This document shows, in pieces, positions 10,694 through 20,571 of a stretch of DNA of 64,000 nt. Position numbers and translations under genes: made by a program. The notes beneath the pieces were generated by a model, which made no database searches, was not told the origin of the DNA, and saw only the letters and a program-made list of their open reading frames with translations. This DNA comes from an uncultured Pelagibacteraceae bacterium. Its GTDB lineage: Bacteria > Pseudomonadota > Alphaproteobacteria > Pelagibacterales > Pelagibacteraceae. The stretch covers positions 314 through 64,313 of the forward strand of contig CACGXX010000002.1 in assembly GCA_902577125.1 (NCBI GenBank). Reading direction: 5' to 3'. Each line of letters starts with the position of its first letter. Position 1 is the stretch's first letter.

Positions 10694-11470
10694 TTATGAA
10701 AACGGGGTACAAATAGATCTTTTTTTATCCTTAGTAATAAATTCTATTATCTCTTTAACTAATGGATTTTCATGAAATGAACCATTTAATTTGCTTATAT
10801 TTTCATTGATATTTTTTGTGGCAAAAATCTCCTTATAAGCCTCACTCAACCCTAAAATATCCTTATTTTCAAATTTAGCTCTTCTCAAACCTATTAAATT
10901 TAATCCTTGTAATGAATTTCTATTTCCTGTTGATAATCCATAAGGAATAACATCGTGCAATACTCCTGTCATACCTCCGATCATTGCCATTTTTCCAATT
11001 CTTGTAAACTGTTGAACAGCAGAATTTCCACCTATGACTACATTATCTTCAATAATAGCGTGACCTCCTAAAGGTACATTATTTGCTATAATGACATTGT
11101 TACCTACCTGACAATCATGAGCTATGTGAGATGAAATCATAAATAAACAATTGTTGCCAATTATAGTCTTTCCCCCACCACCAATTGTTCCTGGGTTTAT
11201 TGTTACATACTCTCTTATTTTATTATTATCTCCAATAACTAAACTTGTTTCTTCACCATTATATTTTAAATCTTGTGGATCATTAATTGAGACAAATGGA
11301 TAAATCTTATTTCCTTTTCCAATTTTAGTGTTTCCAGTAATGTTTACATGTGATTGGATCTCTGTATTCTCTCCAATTTCTACATTGGGACCTATGATAG
11401 TGTATGGGCCAATATTAACACTAGAATGAACCTTGGCATTTTTATTTATTATAGCTGTTTTATCTATCAT
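10694..11470 (-). CDS. lpxA: UDP-N-acetylglucosamine O-acyltransferase
   Basis: Hexapeptide repeats, PQDLKY, HIAHDC, GLNLIGLRR. Confidence 0.97.
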   Translation of the reverse strand: MIDKTAIINKNAKVHSSVNIGPYTIIGPNVEIGENTEIQSHVNITGNTKIGKGNKIYPFVSINDPQDLKYNGEETSLVIGDNNKIREYVTINPGTIGGGGKTIIGNNCLFMISSHIAHDCQVGNNVIIANNVPLGGHAIIEDNVVIGGNSAVQQFTRIGKMAMIGGMTGVLHDVIPYGLSTGNRNSLQGLNLIGLRRAKFENKDILGLSEAYKEIFATKNINENISKLNGSFHENPLVKEIIEFITKDKKRSICTPFS

Positions 11471-12444
11471 TTATTTTCCCTAATAAAATTTTTTAAGTCT
11501 TTTGCTGGATAACCCATCACTTTAGAATTATCAGGAATATTTCTTATAACCCCACTACCTCCACCTATTTGCACATTATTACCAATCTTAAGATGTCCTG
11601 AAATACCTGCCTGACCTCCAATCATAACATTATTGCCTAAAGTCGAGCTTCCAGCAAAACCTACTTGTCCAGCAATAATACAATTCTCACCAATTTTAAC
11701 GTTATGAGCTATATGTATTTGATTATCTAAATAAGTATTTTTTCCTATAATTGTGTTTGAAAGAGAACCTCTGTCGATCGTAGATCCACACCCTATTTCA
11801 ACATTATCCTGAATTATTACAATCCCTATTTGGGGGTACCTAAAATTTGAATCTTTATTTGGGAAAAAACCAAATCCTTTTTTTCCAATTACACAACCAT
11901 CTAAAATGTGAACATTGTTTTTAATTAATGAATTTCTAATAATTACGTTCGATCCAATGGAACAATTATCACCTATATTTACATTTTTTTCTATGATTGA
12001 ATTATGACCAATTGAACAATTTTTACCAATTTTTACATTATCACCAATAAGGACATTTTTTCCAAACTTAACTTTCCCTTTAAATTCTGTCTCGTTTATA
12101 TCTTTAACAGTGTTATCATAATCATCGGTAATAGAGTCCGGATAGAAAATTTTTGTTATTTGAGCAGTATGTAATAAAACTTTCTCAGTAATTATAGCCT
12201 TACAGCTATCTGGCAAGAAAGATTGAAAATTTTCCGATGTTAAGCAGTAAGAAGCTTTAGTTTCTTTTGCCAAATCAGTGTATTTTTTTGAGTGTAGAAA
12301 AGTTATTTCACTTTTTTCAGATGAGTTAAGATCTTTAATATCTGTAATTTTATCATCAGGTAAATTGTCATTTTTTAAATTAATATGCTTAAGCAAAAAA
12401 TTTATATTATGAGGACCAGTATTTTTAAAAAAAGGATTAATCAT
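11467..12444 (-). CDS. lpxD: UDP-3-O-acyl-glucosamine N-acyltransferase (start moved to the in-frame ATG at 12444)
   Basis: Hexapeptide repeats, GFGF, PQIG, TIDRG, QIHIAHNV, GYPA. Confidence 0.95.
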   Translation of the reverse strand: MINPFFKNTGPHNINFLLKHINLKNDNLPDDKITDIKDLNSSEKSEITFLHSKKYTDLAKETKASYCLTSENFQSFLPDSCKAIITEKVLLHTAQITKIFYPDSITDDYDNTVKDINETEFKGKVKFGKNVLIGDNVKIGKNCSIGHNSIIEKNVNIGDNCSIGSNVIIRNSLIKNNVHILDGCVIGKKGFGFFPNKDSNFRYPQIGIVIIQDNVEIGCGSTIDRGSLSNTIIGKNTYLDNQIHIAHNVKIGENCIIAGQVGFAGSSTLGNNVMIGGQAGISGHLKIGNNVQIGGGSGVIRNIPDNSKVMGYPAKDLKNFIRENK

Positions 12445-12498
12445 TAATAAGTTTAATATCAAAACTTATTTTAAAAGCTTATCAAGATTTATTGCTAA

Positions 12499-12951
12499 TT
12501 ATTTCCTATCAACAATAGTAGCTGACCATTGGGCATCTGACATTTTTTTGCCATCAACAAATGCCTCTCCCTTGTATTTCCAAACTCTACCATGCGATCT
12601 TATAGCTTCAATATTCAATTCAAGTTTACAATCAGGTATTACAGGATTTCTAAATCTAGCCTTTTCAACACTCATTAAAAAAACTAACTTATTATCATAT
12701 TCTTTTTTATCGATCCCATGAGCGGTTAAAGCAGCAGCAGCTTGACCAAAAGCTTCTACAATTAAAACACCTGGCAAAACTGGGTTACCTGGAAAATGTC
12801 CATCTACATAAAACGAATTTTTTTTAACATTCATAATAGCTGTTGCTGAGTGAAGGTGTTTTATATTTATCAACTCATCTATAAGTAACATTGGTTCTCT
12901 GTGAGGCAACAGTTGAATTATCTCAGATTTTGTTAATTTATCTTTAGTCAT
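12499..12951 (-). CDS. fabZ: 3-hydroxyacyl-ACP dehydratase
   Basis: LPHREPMLLID, GHFPGNPVLPGVLIVEA. Confidence 0.96.
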   Translation of the reverse strand: MTKDKLTKSEIIQLLPHREPMLLIDELINIKHLHSATAIMNVKKNSFYVDGHFPGNPVLPGVLIVEAFGQAAAALTAHGIDKKEYDNKLVFLMSVEKARFRNPVIPDCKLELNIEAIRSHGRVWKYKGEAFVDGKKMSDAQWSATIVDRK

Positions 12952-12957
12952 AAATTT

Positions 12958-13476
12958 TTACTCAAATTTAATTTTTTGATGTTTATCATTAAATATTTTA
13001 AGAATTTCTTCTGTGATATCTAATTTTTTATCTCCAAATATTATCTGTTCTTTTTGTAATAAAATCTGTATAGATTCTTTTTTAAGAAAAGCTGTGATAA
13101 GAGGATTCAAAGCTTCAATTATTTTTTTTTGAGAGTTTATTCTGTATTTATTAAAGTCCTCATTTTTTTTTAATCTAATATTATTAAACTTTTTAACTTC
13201 ATCTTCATAATTTTTTACTAACTTTTCATATTCATCTTTTTTAAGTATATTTTTTTGAGTAATTATTTTTTCTTTTTTATTTTCAATCTTTTTACCTAAA
13301 TCGTTTAATTCTAACTTAATTTTTTTACTTTTATTTTCTATTATCTTATTTAAAGTTTTTCCTGCTTCTGAATTCTTTACAATATAATTAATATTTATAA
13401 ATCTTATATTTTCGTTAGCATTAGATGAGACTACAAAAAAAACTAAAATAAGTATTTTAGCAATAAAAAATTTCAT
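12958..13476 (-). CDS. skp: OmpH/Skp-family periplasmic chaperone
   Basis: Signal peptide, coiled-coil body, C-terminal DITEEIL motif; between bamA and fabZ. Confidence 0.85.
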   Translation of the reverse strand: MKFFIAKILILVFFVVSSNANENIRFININYIVKNSEAGKTLNKIIENKSKKIKLELNDLGKKIENKKEKIITQKNILKKDEYEKLVKNYEDEVKKFNNIRLKKNEDFNKYRINSQKKIIEALNPLITAFLKKESIQILLQKEQIIFGDKKLDITEEILKIFNDKHQKIKFE

Positions 13477-15719
13477 TAAAATTGGGTTCCTAGATTAAAT
13501 CTAAAGGTCTCAGTTTTATCTGTGGAGGCTTTTGACAATGCATTCGCGAATGAAAAACTAAGAGGACCTATTGGTGTCATTAAATTAAGTGCTACACCAG
13601 TGGATGATCTAATTGTACTTTTATCATCGATGGAACTATCGTAATCTACTCCCCAAATATTGGCTGCATCAACAAAGACACCTACATCTAAATTGTCTAA
13701 TCCTTGAACTATATTTGGGAGAGTTGCAGAAAAATTTAGCGATGAAACATAATTTCCACCTATGTAATCACTATTTTCAACTGGTCCAACTTTGCCCCTC
13801 TGAAAACCTCTTAATCTAGAAGCAGGTACATTTAATCTTTTAGAAATTCTAACATCATCACTTAAACCTGTAATAGTTTTACCAAAAAAACTTACTTTTC
13901 CAACCATATCTGAGGTTGATGAAAGCTTTTTATAATTAGTTATAATAAATGCATTAGATAACTCTGAATTATCTGATACTAAAGGTAGTTCTTGTGAAAA
14001 AGTTGTAACATATCCACTTTCAGTTCTAAATCTCTTATCTCTTAAATCCTGATTAATTGAATAATTAAAATACAAGTCTGTGTAAGATCCTTCTTGTTTT
14101 TTTAAAACATTTGAGGCTTTATCTGAAGTTTCTAAATCCTCAATAAGAAAGTCTATTTCTGGACTAAGAAATACATTTTGAAATTGTTCAAACTCTGTTC
14201 CTAATGAAAAACCAATTTCTGAAGTTTTATAACCTGAATTTGTTAATAAATCAGTTGTTGAGCTTTTAATTGAAGTAAATAAGGTATTATCACTATAATT
14301 GAAATTAGGTTTTGCGTAAATAAATTGACCTTTTATTGAGTCTGCTGTTAATTCTAAATTAGTATTCAATTTAATTCCTTTACCTAAAAAGTTATTTTCT
14401 TTAATACCTGCGCCAATAGTTTCTCCAGTAGTACCAAAACCTGCTGTCAGAGAAATTTCACCAGTAGGCCTTTCCTCTACATTGATGTCTATTTCTTTAA
14501 ATGATTGATTTGAACCATCTCTCACATCAGTTTTAACTTTTTTGAAAATCCCTAAGCTTTGAATATTATTTACAGATTTATTAAATAAAATTTCATTAAA
14601 TGGATCACCCTCGTCAACAATAAGATTATTTCTAATAACTTCTTCTAAAGTATTGAAATTTCCTTTGATATTTATTTTTTCAATATAAAACTTATCGCTT
14701 TCAGAAATATTGATATTAAAATTAATTTTGTCATCTTTAATGTTTTCCACAATTGAAGCATTTATAAATTCATATTGTTTGGACAATGCAATATCATTGA
14801 TGTCATCTAAAAGGTCATTAACTATAAGAAGAGAATATTCATCTCCTTTTAATTTAGAAAATTTTTTTGTTATTTTTTCAAATAATTCTGCATCATAATT
14901 AGACGGTAAATTCAATGAAAAATCATTAAAAAAATATTTTTTACCAGGTGTGATATTAAAAATTAAATTAAAATTTGAATTTTTATCAAATTCAACAAAA
15001 GAATTTTCTATCTTTACATTAAAATAACCATTATTTTTAAAGTAATTTGAAAGAAGTCTCTTATCAAGATTTATCAATTCTTGATTGATAAAAACATTTT
15101 TTGATATAAATTTCCAAAATTTATGTTCCTCTGAAACAATTACTTCTTTCAATCTTTTTTCTTTAAAAACCTTCTCTCCAAGAAAAATAATTTTTTTAAT
15201 CTTTGCTTTTTCTCCCAATTCAACATCAATTTTTAAATCAATAGTATTCAACTCGTCATCTAAACTTTTAGAACTTGTGATATTTGCAAAATAATATCCA
15301 TTTGTTTTCAAAATGTTATAAATCAAATTAATATCAGCGGATAACAATTCCTGATCAAAAGATTTCATCTCTGCTAATTGCAATCTACTTTTGATAAATT
15401 CAACCAGAGATTGTTTCTTAATTCCAGTTATTTGTAAATTTTCTATTATCGGATTTTCCTCAACTTTTAAAAACAAAGTTTGATTTTCAAAACTCAAATT
15501 TATATTTCTAAAAAAATTACTTTCATACAGCTTTTTGATTACTTTATCCAACTTGCTTTTTGTGATCTCTTCATTTATCTCAAGTTCAGAAAAAATAATT
15601 ATTGTTTGATCTGAAATTCTTTTATTTCCAGAAATTTCAAATTTCTGTAAGGTCTCAGCTCTCACTAAGGACAAAGAAAGAGAAAATACTAAAATGATTT
15701 TTATAAAAATCTTTAACAT
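13476..15719 (-). CDS. bamA: Outer membrane protein assembly factor BamA
   Basis: POTRA-like repeats (GNKRI, NGYF), LRGF, C-terminal FRFNLGTQF. Confidence 0.96.
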   Translation of the reverse strand: MLKIFIKIILVFSLSLSLVRAETLQKFEISGNKRISDQTIIIFSELEINEEITKSKLDKVIKKLYESNFFRNINLSFENQTLFLKVEENPIIENLQITGIKKQSLVEFIKSRLQLAEMKSFDQELLSADINLIYNILKTNGYYFANITSSKSLDDELNTIDLKIDVELGEKAKIKKIIFLGEKVFKEKRLKEVIVSEEHKFWKFISKNVFINQELINLDKRLLSNYFKNNGYFNVKIENSFVEFDKNSNFNLIFNITPGKKYFFNDFSLNLPSNYDAELFEKITKKFSKLKGDEYSLLIVNDLLDDINDIALSKQYEFINASIVENIKDDKINFNINISESDKFYIEKINIKGNFNTLEEVIRNNLIVDEGDPFNEILFNKSVNNIQSLGIFKKVKTDVRDGSNQSFKEIDINVEERPTGEISLTAGFGTTGETIGAGIKENNFLGKGIKLNTNLELTADSIKGQFIYAKPNFNYSDNTLFTSIKSSTTDLLTNSGYKTSEIGFSLGTEFEQFQNVFLSPEIDFLIEDLETSDKASNVLKKQEGSYTDLYFNYSINQDLRDKRFRTESGYVTTFSQELPLVSDNSELSNAFIITNYKKLSSTSDMVGKVSFFGKTITGLSDDVRISKRLNVPASRLRGFQRGKVGPVENSDYIGGNYVSSLNFSATLPNIVQGLDNLDVGVFVDAANIWGVDYDSSIDDKSTIRSSTGVALNLMTPIGPLSFSFANALSKASTDKTETFRFNLGTQF

Positions 15720-15730
15720 AAATACTTGCT

Positions 15731-16894
15731 TTATATACCTAAAGTATTTAATTTTAAATGAACATAATCCCTTAAATTATAGATCTGTTTTATGTTTCTA
15801 GGCTTTATTTTCTTAAATTTCTGAAATTCTTTTAAATTTGAAATCTGATTAATTAATTTAGTAAGTTCCTGAAAATTAATTTTTCTATCTAAAAACTTAT
15901 AAACTAAATAATCATTAACTGTTATTAAAACTGTTTCAAATAGTGATGAATATTGTGGCAATCCATTAAGTAATCCAACTAATGGAAATTTATTTTTTTC
16001 TATTTTTTTAAGATTCAAATCATTAAGTATTTTAAAATTAAGTGGACTTGAATCTAAATTCTTATTTTCTTTAATATATATAGAATTATAAATAGGTATC
16101 ATCATATCTGGTTCATGAATCAAAAATTTACTCAAACCATTTTTAAATTTAATTATAGTATGAACATATGACTTTGGGTGTGTGAGTATTGAAATTTTAT
16201 CATAGCTAATATTAAATATATTTTTTGCTTCAATTACTTCAAAAACTTTATTCATAAGAGTTGCTGAATCTATTGTGATTTTTTTTCCCATAGTCCAATT
16301 AGGATGTTTTAAGGCTTCATTTAACTTTATCTTATTAAATTGACTTTTTGGAAGATTAATAAATGGTCCACCAGATGCAGTAATGTAAATTCTTTCAATA
16401 TCATTTTTTTTATCATCGTTTAGGAGTGAAAAGATAGAAAAATGTTCTGAGTCAACAGGAATAAAATTTGTTTTGTTTTTTTTAAGTTCTTTTTTGATTA
16501 GTGGCCATCCACACACAATTGCCTCTTTATTAGCTATCGCGATTAATTTTGTATGACTAATTATTCTATATGTTGGCAATAATCCGCCAATGCCAGAGAT
16601 AGCACTCATTACATAATCAACTTTTTTTGGTAAAATTCTTTTTAAGCTTTCAAAACATTGAAAAATATTAATTTTTTTATTTTTACAAATAACTTTTGTT
16701 TTTTTAAAACTAGTTGGATCAGTTACAATTATATTTTTTACATTAAATTTTTTTGCTTGATTTATTAAATCCTTATAATTTGTGTTAGCTGTTAATAACT
16801 CAATCTTAAATTTATTTTTATCTTTTTCAATGATATCAAGCAAACATTTTCCTATAGAACTTGTTGAACCTAAAATAACTATTTTTTTTCTCAT
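15731..16894 (-). CDS. dxr: 1-deoxy-D-xylulose-5-phosphate reductoisomerase
   Basis: LGSTSSIG, ANKE, PVDSEH, TASGGPF, HPNWTMGKKITIDSATLMNK. Confidence 0.95.
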   Translation of the reverse strand: MRKKIVILGSTSSIGKCLLDIIEKDKNKFKIELLTANTNYKDLINQAKKFNVKNIIVTDPTSFKKTKVICKNKKINIFQCFESLKRILPKKVDYVMSAISGIGGLLPTYRIISHTKLIAIANKEAIVCGWPLIKKELKKNKTNFIPVDSEHFSIFSLLNDDKKNDIERIYITASGGPFINLPKSQFNKIKLNEALKHPNWTMGKKITIDSATLMNKVFEVIEAKNIFNISYDKISILTHPKSYVHTIIKFKNGLSKFLIHEPDMMIPIYNSIYIKENKNLDSSPLNFKILNDLNLKKIEKNKFPLVGLLNGLPQYSSLFETVLITVNDYLVYKFLDRKINFQELTKLINQISNLKEFQKFKKIKPRNIKQIYNLRDYVHLKLNTLGI

Positions 16895-17556
16895 TTACTA
16901 AAGTTTATTATTATTGAAATTAAAGTTATTAAATAAACAAAAGGAAAAACAAAAATCATTCCATCAATTCTATCTAATAATCCACCATGCCCTGGTATAA
17001 TATTTCCTGTATTTTTAATTTTAGAGGATCTTTTGAAATATGATATTATTAAATCTCCAATTTGGCTTACACTTGATATTAAAAGGATTAATATTACAAA
17101 TTTTAAATCATTTTTTATCAAATTTTGATGAATGTAAATTTCATTAGAATATTGTAAGACAAATATTGCTGAAGTGATTAGAGAAAGAACAAAGCTACCA
17201 ATCATACCAGATTGAGTTTTATTCGGACTTATTTTACTTAATTTTGGTCCTTTTAATAATTTTCCAAAAATATAACCACCTATATCTGTAGATACACAAA
17301 TTAAAATAATTAATAAAAATAACTCTAAATTTTGATTTCTAAAATAATATGCACTGTAAAATGACAAAAATAAAAATAAAATACCTAAAATTTTAATATC
17401 GACTCTTTTAATCATTTTTAACCACTCATATGAGGAGATCAAAAAAGCTATAAATAAAAAGATATAAAAAAAAATTTTACCTTCTAATACGACTAAAAAG
17501 GTTGTTAAAATTAAAATAATTGAACTTATTAATCTTTTTTCAAATTCTTTTAACAT
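16891..17556 (-). CDS. cdsA: Phosphatidate cytidylyltransferase
   Basis: ISPNKT, GDL..S..KR...IK, PGHGGLLDRIDG. Confidence 0.95.
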   Translation of the reverse strand: MLKEFEKRLISSIILILTTFLVVLEGKIFFYIFLFIAFLISSYEWLKMIKRVDIKILGILFLFLSFYSAYYFRNQNLELFLLIILICVSTDIGGYIFGKLLKGPKLSKISPNKTQSGMIGSFVLSLITSAIFVLQYSNEIYIHQNLIKNDLKFVILILLISSVSQIGDLIISYFKRSSKIKNTGNIIPGHGGLLDRIDGMIFVFPFVYLITLISIIINFSK

Positions 17557-18230
17557 TAAATATTTCCAAAATTTCTTGTAATATTCTTATATTTTTTAAT
17601 AATTTGATAATAGTCTTTTTCATTAAAATCGGGCCATAATTTTTTTTCAAAAAAAATCTCTGAATAAGCTACTTGCCATAACAAAAAATTACTTAATCTT
17701 TTTGTATTTCCAGTTCTAATTAATAAATCTGGATCTGGTATATCTTTTGTTTGCAAGTATTTCTTTAAATTTTTTTCATTAATTAATTCTTTATTTTTCT
17801 TTAACTCTTTAAAAGCAAAGATTAACTCAGCTTTAGAGCCATAATTTAATGCTAAATTTATTTGAAGCCTTTTATTTTTTGATGTTTTTCTTTCAGATGA
17901 AGTTAGAAGACTATTTAATTTTGTTGAAAAACTTTTTTTACCTATAATCTTTAACTTAATTTTTTGTTTATTTAATTCCTCTATTTTTTCTTTAAGAAAA
18001 TTTTCCAAAAGATTAAATAAAAAATTTATCTCTTTTTTAGGTCTTTTCCAGTTTTCTGTTGAAAAAGCATATAATGTAAGAAATTTTATGTTATTTTTGA
18101 TTGTTTCCTTGATAATTTTTTCTACTGTATTTAAACCAGCTTTATGACCAGCATTTCTTGAATTTTTGTTCTTCAGACCCCATCTCCCATTACCATCCAT
18201 GATAATGGCCACATGTTTCAAAGGGTTCAT
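17556..18230 (-). CDS. uppS: Undecaprenyl diphosphate synthase
   Basis: HVAIIMDGNGRW, AFSTENWKRP, RLSNFLLWQ. Confidence 0.97.
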   Translation of the reverse strand: MNPLKHVAIIMDGNGRWGLKNKNSRNAGHKAGLNTVEKIIKETIKNNIKFLTLYAFSTENWKRPKKEINFLFNLLENFLKEKIEELNKQKIKLKIIGKKSFSTKLNSLLTSSERKTSKNKRLQINLALNYGSKAELIFAFKELKKNKELINEKNLKKYLQTKDIPDPDLLIRTGNTKRLSNFLLWQVAYSEIFFEKKLWPDFNEKDYYQIIKKYKNITRNFGNI

Positions 18231-18778
18231 ATTGTCATTATTTCTTTTTCTTTAATTGAAATTTTTTCGTCAACAATCGCAATATGCTTATCAGTAATTT
18301 CTTGAACATTTTTTTCAAAAGATTTTTCATCATCTTCACCAATTTCTTTTGATTTTAAAAGTTTTTTTAATTCTTCATTAGCATCTCTTCTAATGTTTCT
18401 AATTGAAATTTTACATTTTTCGCCCATAGACTTTATTAACTTTTTAAGTTCTGTTCTTCTTTCCTCGTTTAATTCTGGTATTGGTAGTCTAATTAATTGT
18501 CCATCAATTTGTGGATTTAATCCAAGCTCTGACTTCTTAATTGCAGCATCTACCAAATTCACATTATTTTGATCCCAAACTTGGATATTAATCATTCTTG
18601 GTTCGGGTGTTGTGATACTCCCAACTTGATTAATTGGCATTTGTTGTCCATACACATCAACTTTAACTAGATCTAGCATTGCAGCATTAGCTCTTCCAGT
18701 TCTTAATGATGATAACTCTTTAGAGAATACATCAATAGCTTTATCCATTTTTAAGCTATGTGATTTATCATCAAACAT
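18227..18778 (-). CDS. frr: Ribosome recycling factor
   Basis: LRTGRAN, LGLNP, EERR, IRNIRRD. Confidence 0.97.
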   Translation of the reverse strand: MFDDKSHSLKMDKAIDVFSKELSSLRTGRANAAMLDLVKVDVYGQQMPINQVGSITTPEPRMINIQVWDQNNVNLVDAAIKKSELGLNPQIDGQLIRLPIPELNEERRTELKKLIKSMGEKCKISIRNIRRDANEELKKLLKSKEIGEDDEKSFEKNVQEITDKHIAIVDEKISIKEKEIMTI

Positions 18779-19630
18779 CTATTCGCCTATTTTAATTCTA
18801 CTAAATTCCTTAATTTTTAAATCGTTTACAGCTAATTCTTTTAAAACATCTTGAACTTTCTTTTTAGGTTCCATTACCCAAGCCTGAGTCATAAGAGCAT
18901 TTTCTTCTTTAAATTTATTCATTTTTCCTAAACTAATCTTTTTAGCTATGTCCTCTGGTTTACCCGAATTCTTAAGCTCTTCTGTTATTAATTCTTGCTC
19001 TTTATCTATGATTGTTTTGTCTATTAAAGTGGACTCTAAAGCTAGAGGATTTGAAGCTGCAATATGCATTGACAATTGTTTACCAAATGTTTTCACTGTT
19101 TCAGAATTTTCTTTAGTTTCCAACGAGACAATTACAGCTAGTTTGGCCAAGTTATCCTTTACAACAGTATGTAAATATTGGTAATTGGTCGAAGAAGAGT
19201 TTGAGATAGTTTTTGTTTGTCCAATAGTTATTTTTTCTCCGATTTTAGCAATCAACGAAACCAAATTATCCTCAACTGAGGAACCATTTTTCATTTGAGC
19301 TTTTTTAAGATTATCAAGATTAGAGTCATTTTGGTTATTCAATTCACTTAACTCTTTAACAAAATTTATAAAATCATCATTTTTTGCAACAAAATCTGTT
19401 TCACAATTAACTTCAATTATTGAAGTCTTTTTTTCATCACCGCTGATTGCTACCACACCCTCTTTCGCCTCTCTTGACATTTTTTTCGATGCTTTTGAAA
19501 TTCCTTTTACTCTTAAAATCTCTACAGCTTTATCTAGATCTCCATTAGCCTCTTTTATGGCTAAGTTACAGTCTTTAAAACCAGCTCCTGTAGCAACTCT
19601 TAATTTTTTTACTTTTTCAACATCACTCAT
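18779..19630 (-). CDS. tsf: Elongation factor Ts
   Basis: [31 protein letters not shown]. Confidence 0.97.
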   Translation of the reverse strand: MSDVEKVKKLRVATGAGFKDCNLAIKEANGDLDKAVEILRVKGISKASKKMSREAKEGVVAISGDEKKTSIIEVNCETDFVAKNDDFINFVKELSELNNQNDSNLDNLKKAQMKNGSSVEDNLVSLIAKIGEKITIGQTKTISNSSSTNYQYLHTVVKDNLAKLAVIVSLETKENSETVKTFGKQLSMHIAASNPLALESTLIDKTIIDKEQELITEELKNSGKPEDIAKKISLGKMNKFKEENALMTQAWVMEPKKKVQDVLKELAVNDLKIKEFSRIKIGE

Positions 19631-19631
19631 A

Positions 19632-20441
19632 TCAATTTATTGTTTCTTTCTTTTTTTCACTAAACTTTTCCTCTAGTTTTTCTCTATCTTTTTCTTGTAT
19701 AGTCTTAGATGATTTAGTCTCTTTTTTAACACTTTCTTTTTTTTCAACTACAGGGGTTGAGCTTTTTGCTGAAACAATTGTCTCTTTAATTAAATTACAA
19801 TACAAATCTATCGATCTTCTTGCATCGTCATTTCCTGGAATTGGATAATCAATACCATCAGGATTTGAATTACTATCTAATATTGCAACAATTGGAATTC
19901 CCAATTTAACTGACTCCTGAATAGCGAGTGATTCATAATTTGTATCGATAATAAATACTAAGTCAGGAACTTTTTTCATCTCTGCTATACCACCTAATGA
20001 TCTTTGAAGCTTATCTTTTTTAACACTCATTTTAAGAAGTTCTTTTTTTGTGAAACCTCTATTTTCTGAAACTAAATTTAATTCTAATTGTTTTAGCTTT
20101 TTAATTGAATTTGATATAGTTCCCCAATTAGTTAACATTCCTCCTAACCATCTATAATTTACAAAATATTGATCAGTTTCTTTAGCAACTTCTGCTATCG
20201 CCTCTGATGCTTGTTTTTTTGTTGAAACAAATAATATTTTTCCATTATTAGATATAACTTGATGAATTTTTTCCAGTGCAACTTTAGTAAGTTCTAATGT
20301 TTGAGTTAAATCTATAATGTGAATGGAGTCTCTTTTACCAAAAATATATTTTTTCATTTTTGGGTTCCATCTCAGTGTTTTGTGTCCTAAATGAACACCT
20401 GCTTCTAATAATTGTTGGATTGTAACGTTAGGTATTTTCAT
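19632..20441 (-). CDS. rpsB: 30S ribosomal protein S2
   Basis: [31 protein letters not shown]. Confidence 0.98.
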   Translation of the reverse strand: MKIPNVTIQQLLEAGVHLGHKTLRWNPKMKKYIFGKRDSIHIIDLTQTLELTKVALEKIHQVISNNGKILFVSTKKQASEAIAEVAKETDQYFVNYRWLGGMLTNWGTISNSIKKLKQLELNLVSENRGFTKKELLKMSVKKDKLQRSLGGIAEMKKVPDLVFIIDTNYESLAIQESVKLGIPIVAILDSNSNPDGIDYPIPGNDDARRSIDLYCNLIKETIVSAKSSTPVVEKKESVKKETKSSKTIQEKDREKLEEKFSEKKKETIN

Positions 20442-20520
20442 ATTTATTCCCGGTTAAGCCACCACAGTAATTTCCAATTAAGGACCGGAGGTATAAAACC
20501 AAAAACTGTGTGCGTTTTTG
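20442..20520 (-). ncRNA. rpsB 5' leader structured RNA (putative S2 autoregulatory element)
   Basis: GC-enriched leader; on the minus strand CACACAG pairs with CUGUGGUG, and CCGGU inside that loop pairs with ACCGG beside the RBS (pseudoknot geometry); TTGTTA-N17-TAAATA promoter-like sequence upstream. Confidence 0.75.
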
Positions 20521-20571
20521 TTAATTTTAGTGACTATTTACAAAGATTTTTTTTATTTAACAAGCCTAAAA

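Noticed and set aside
10694-12444. Repetitive sequence in lpxA and lpxD
   Set aside because: Normal hexapeptide repeats of left-handed beta-helix acyltransferases
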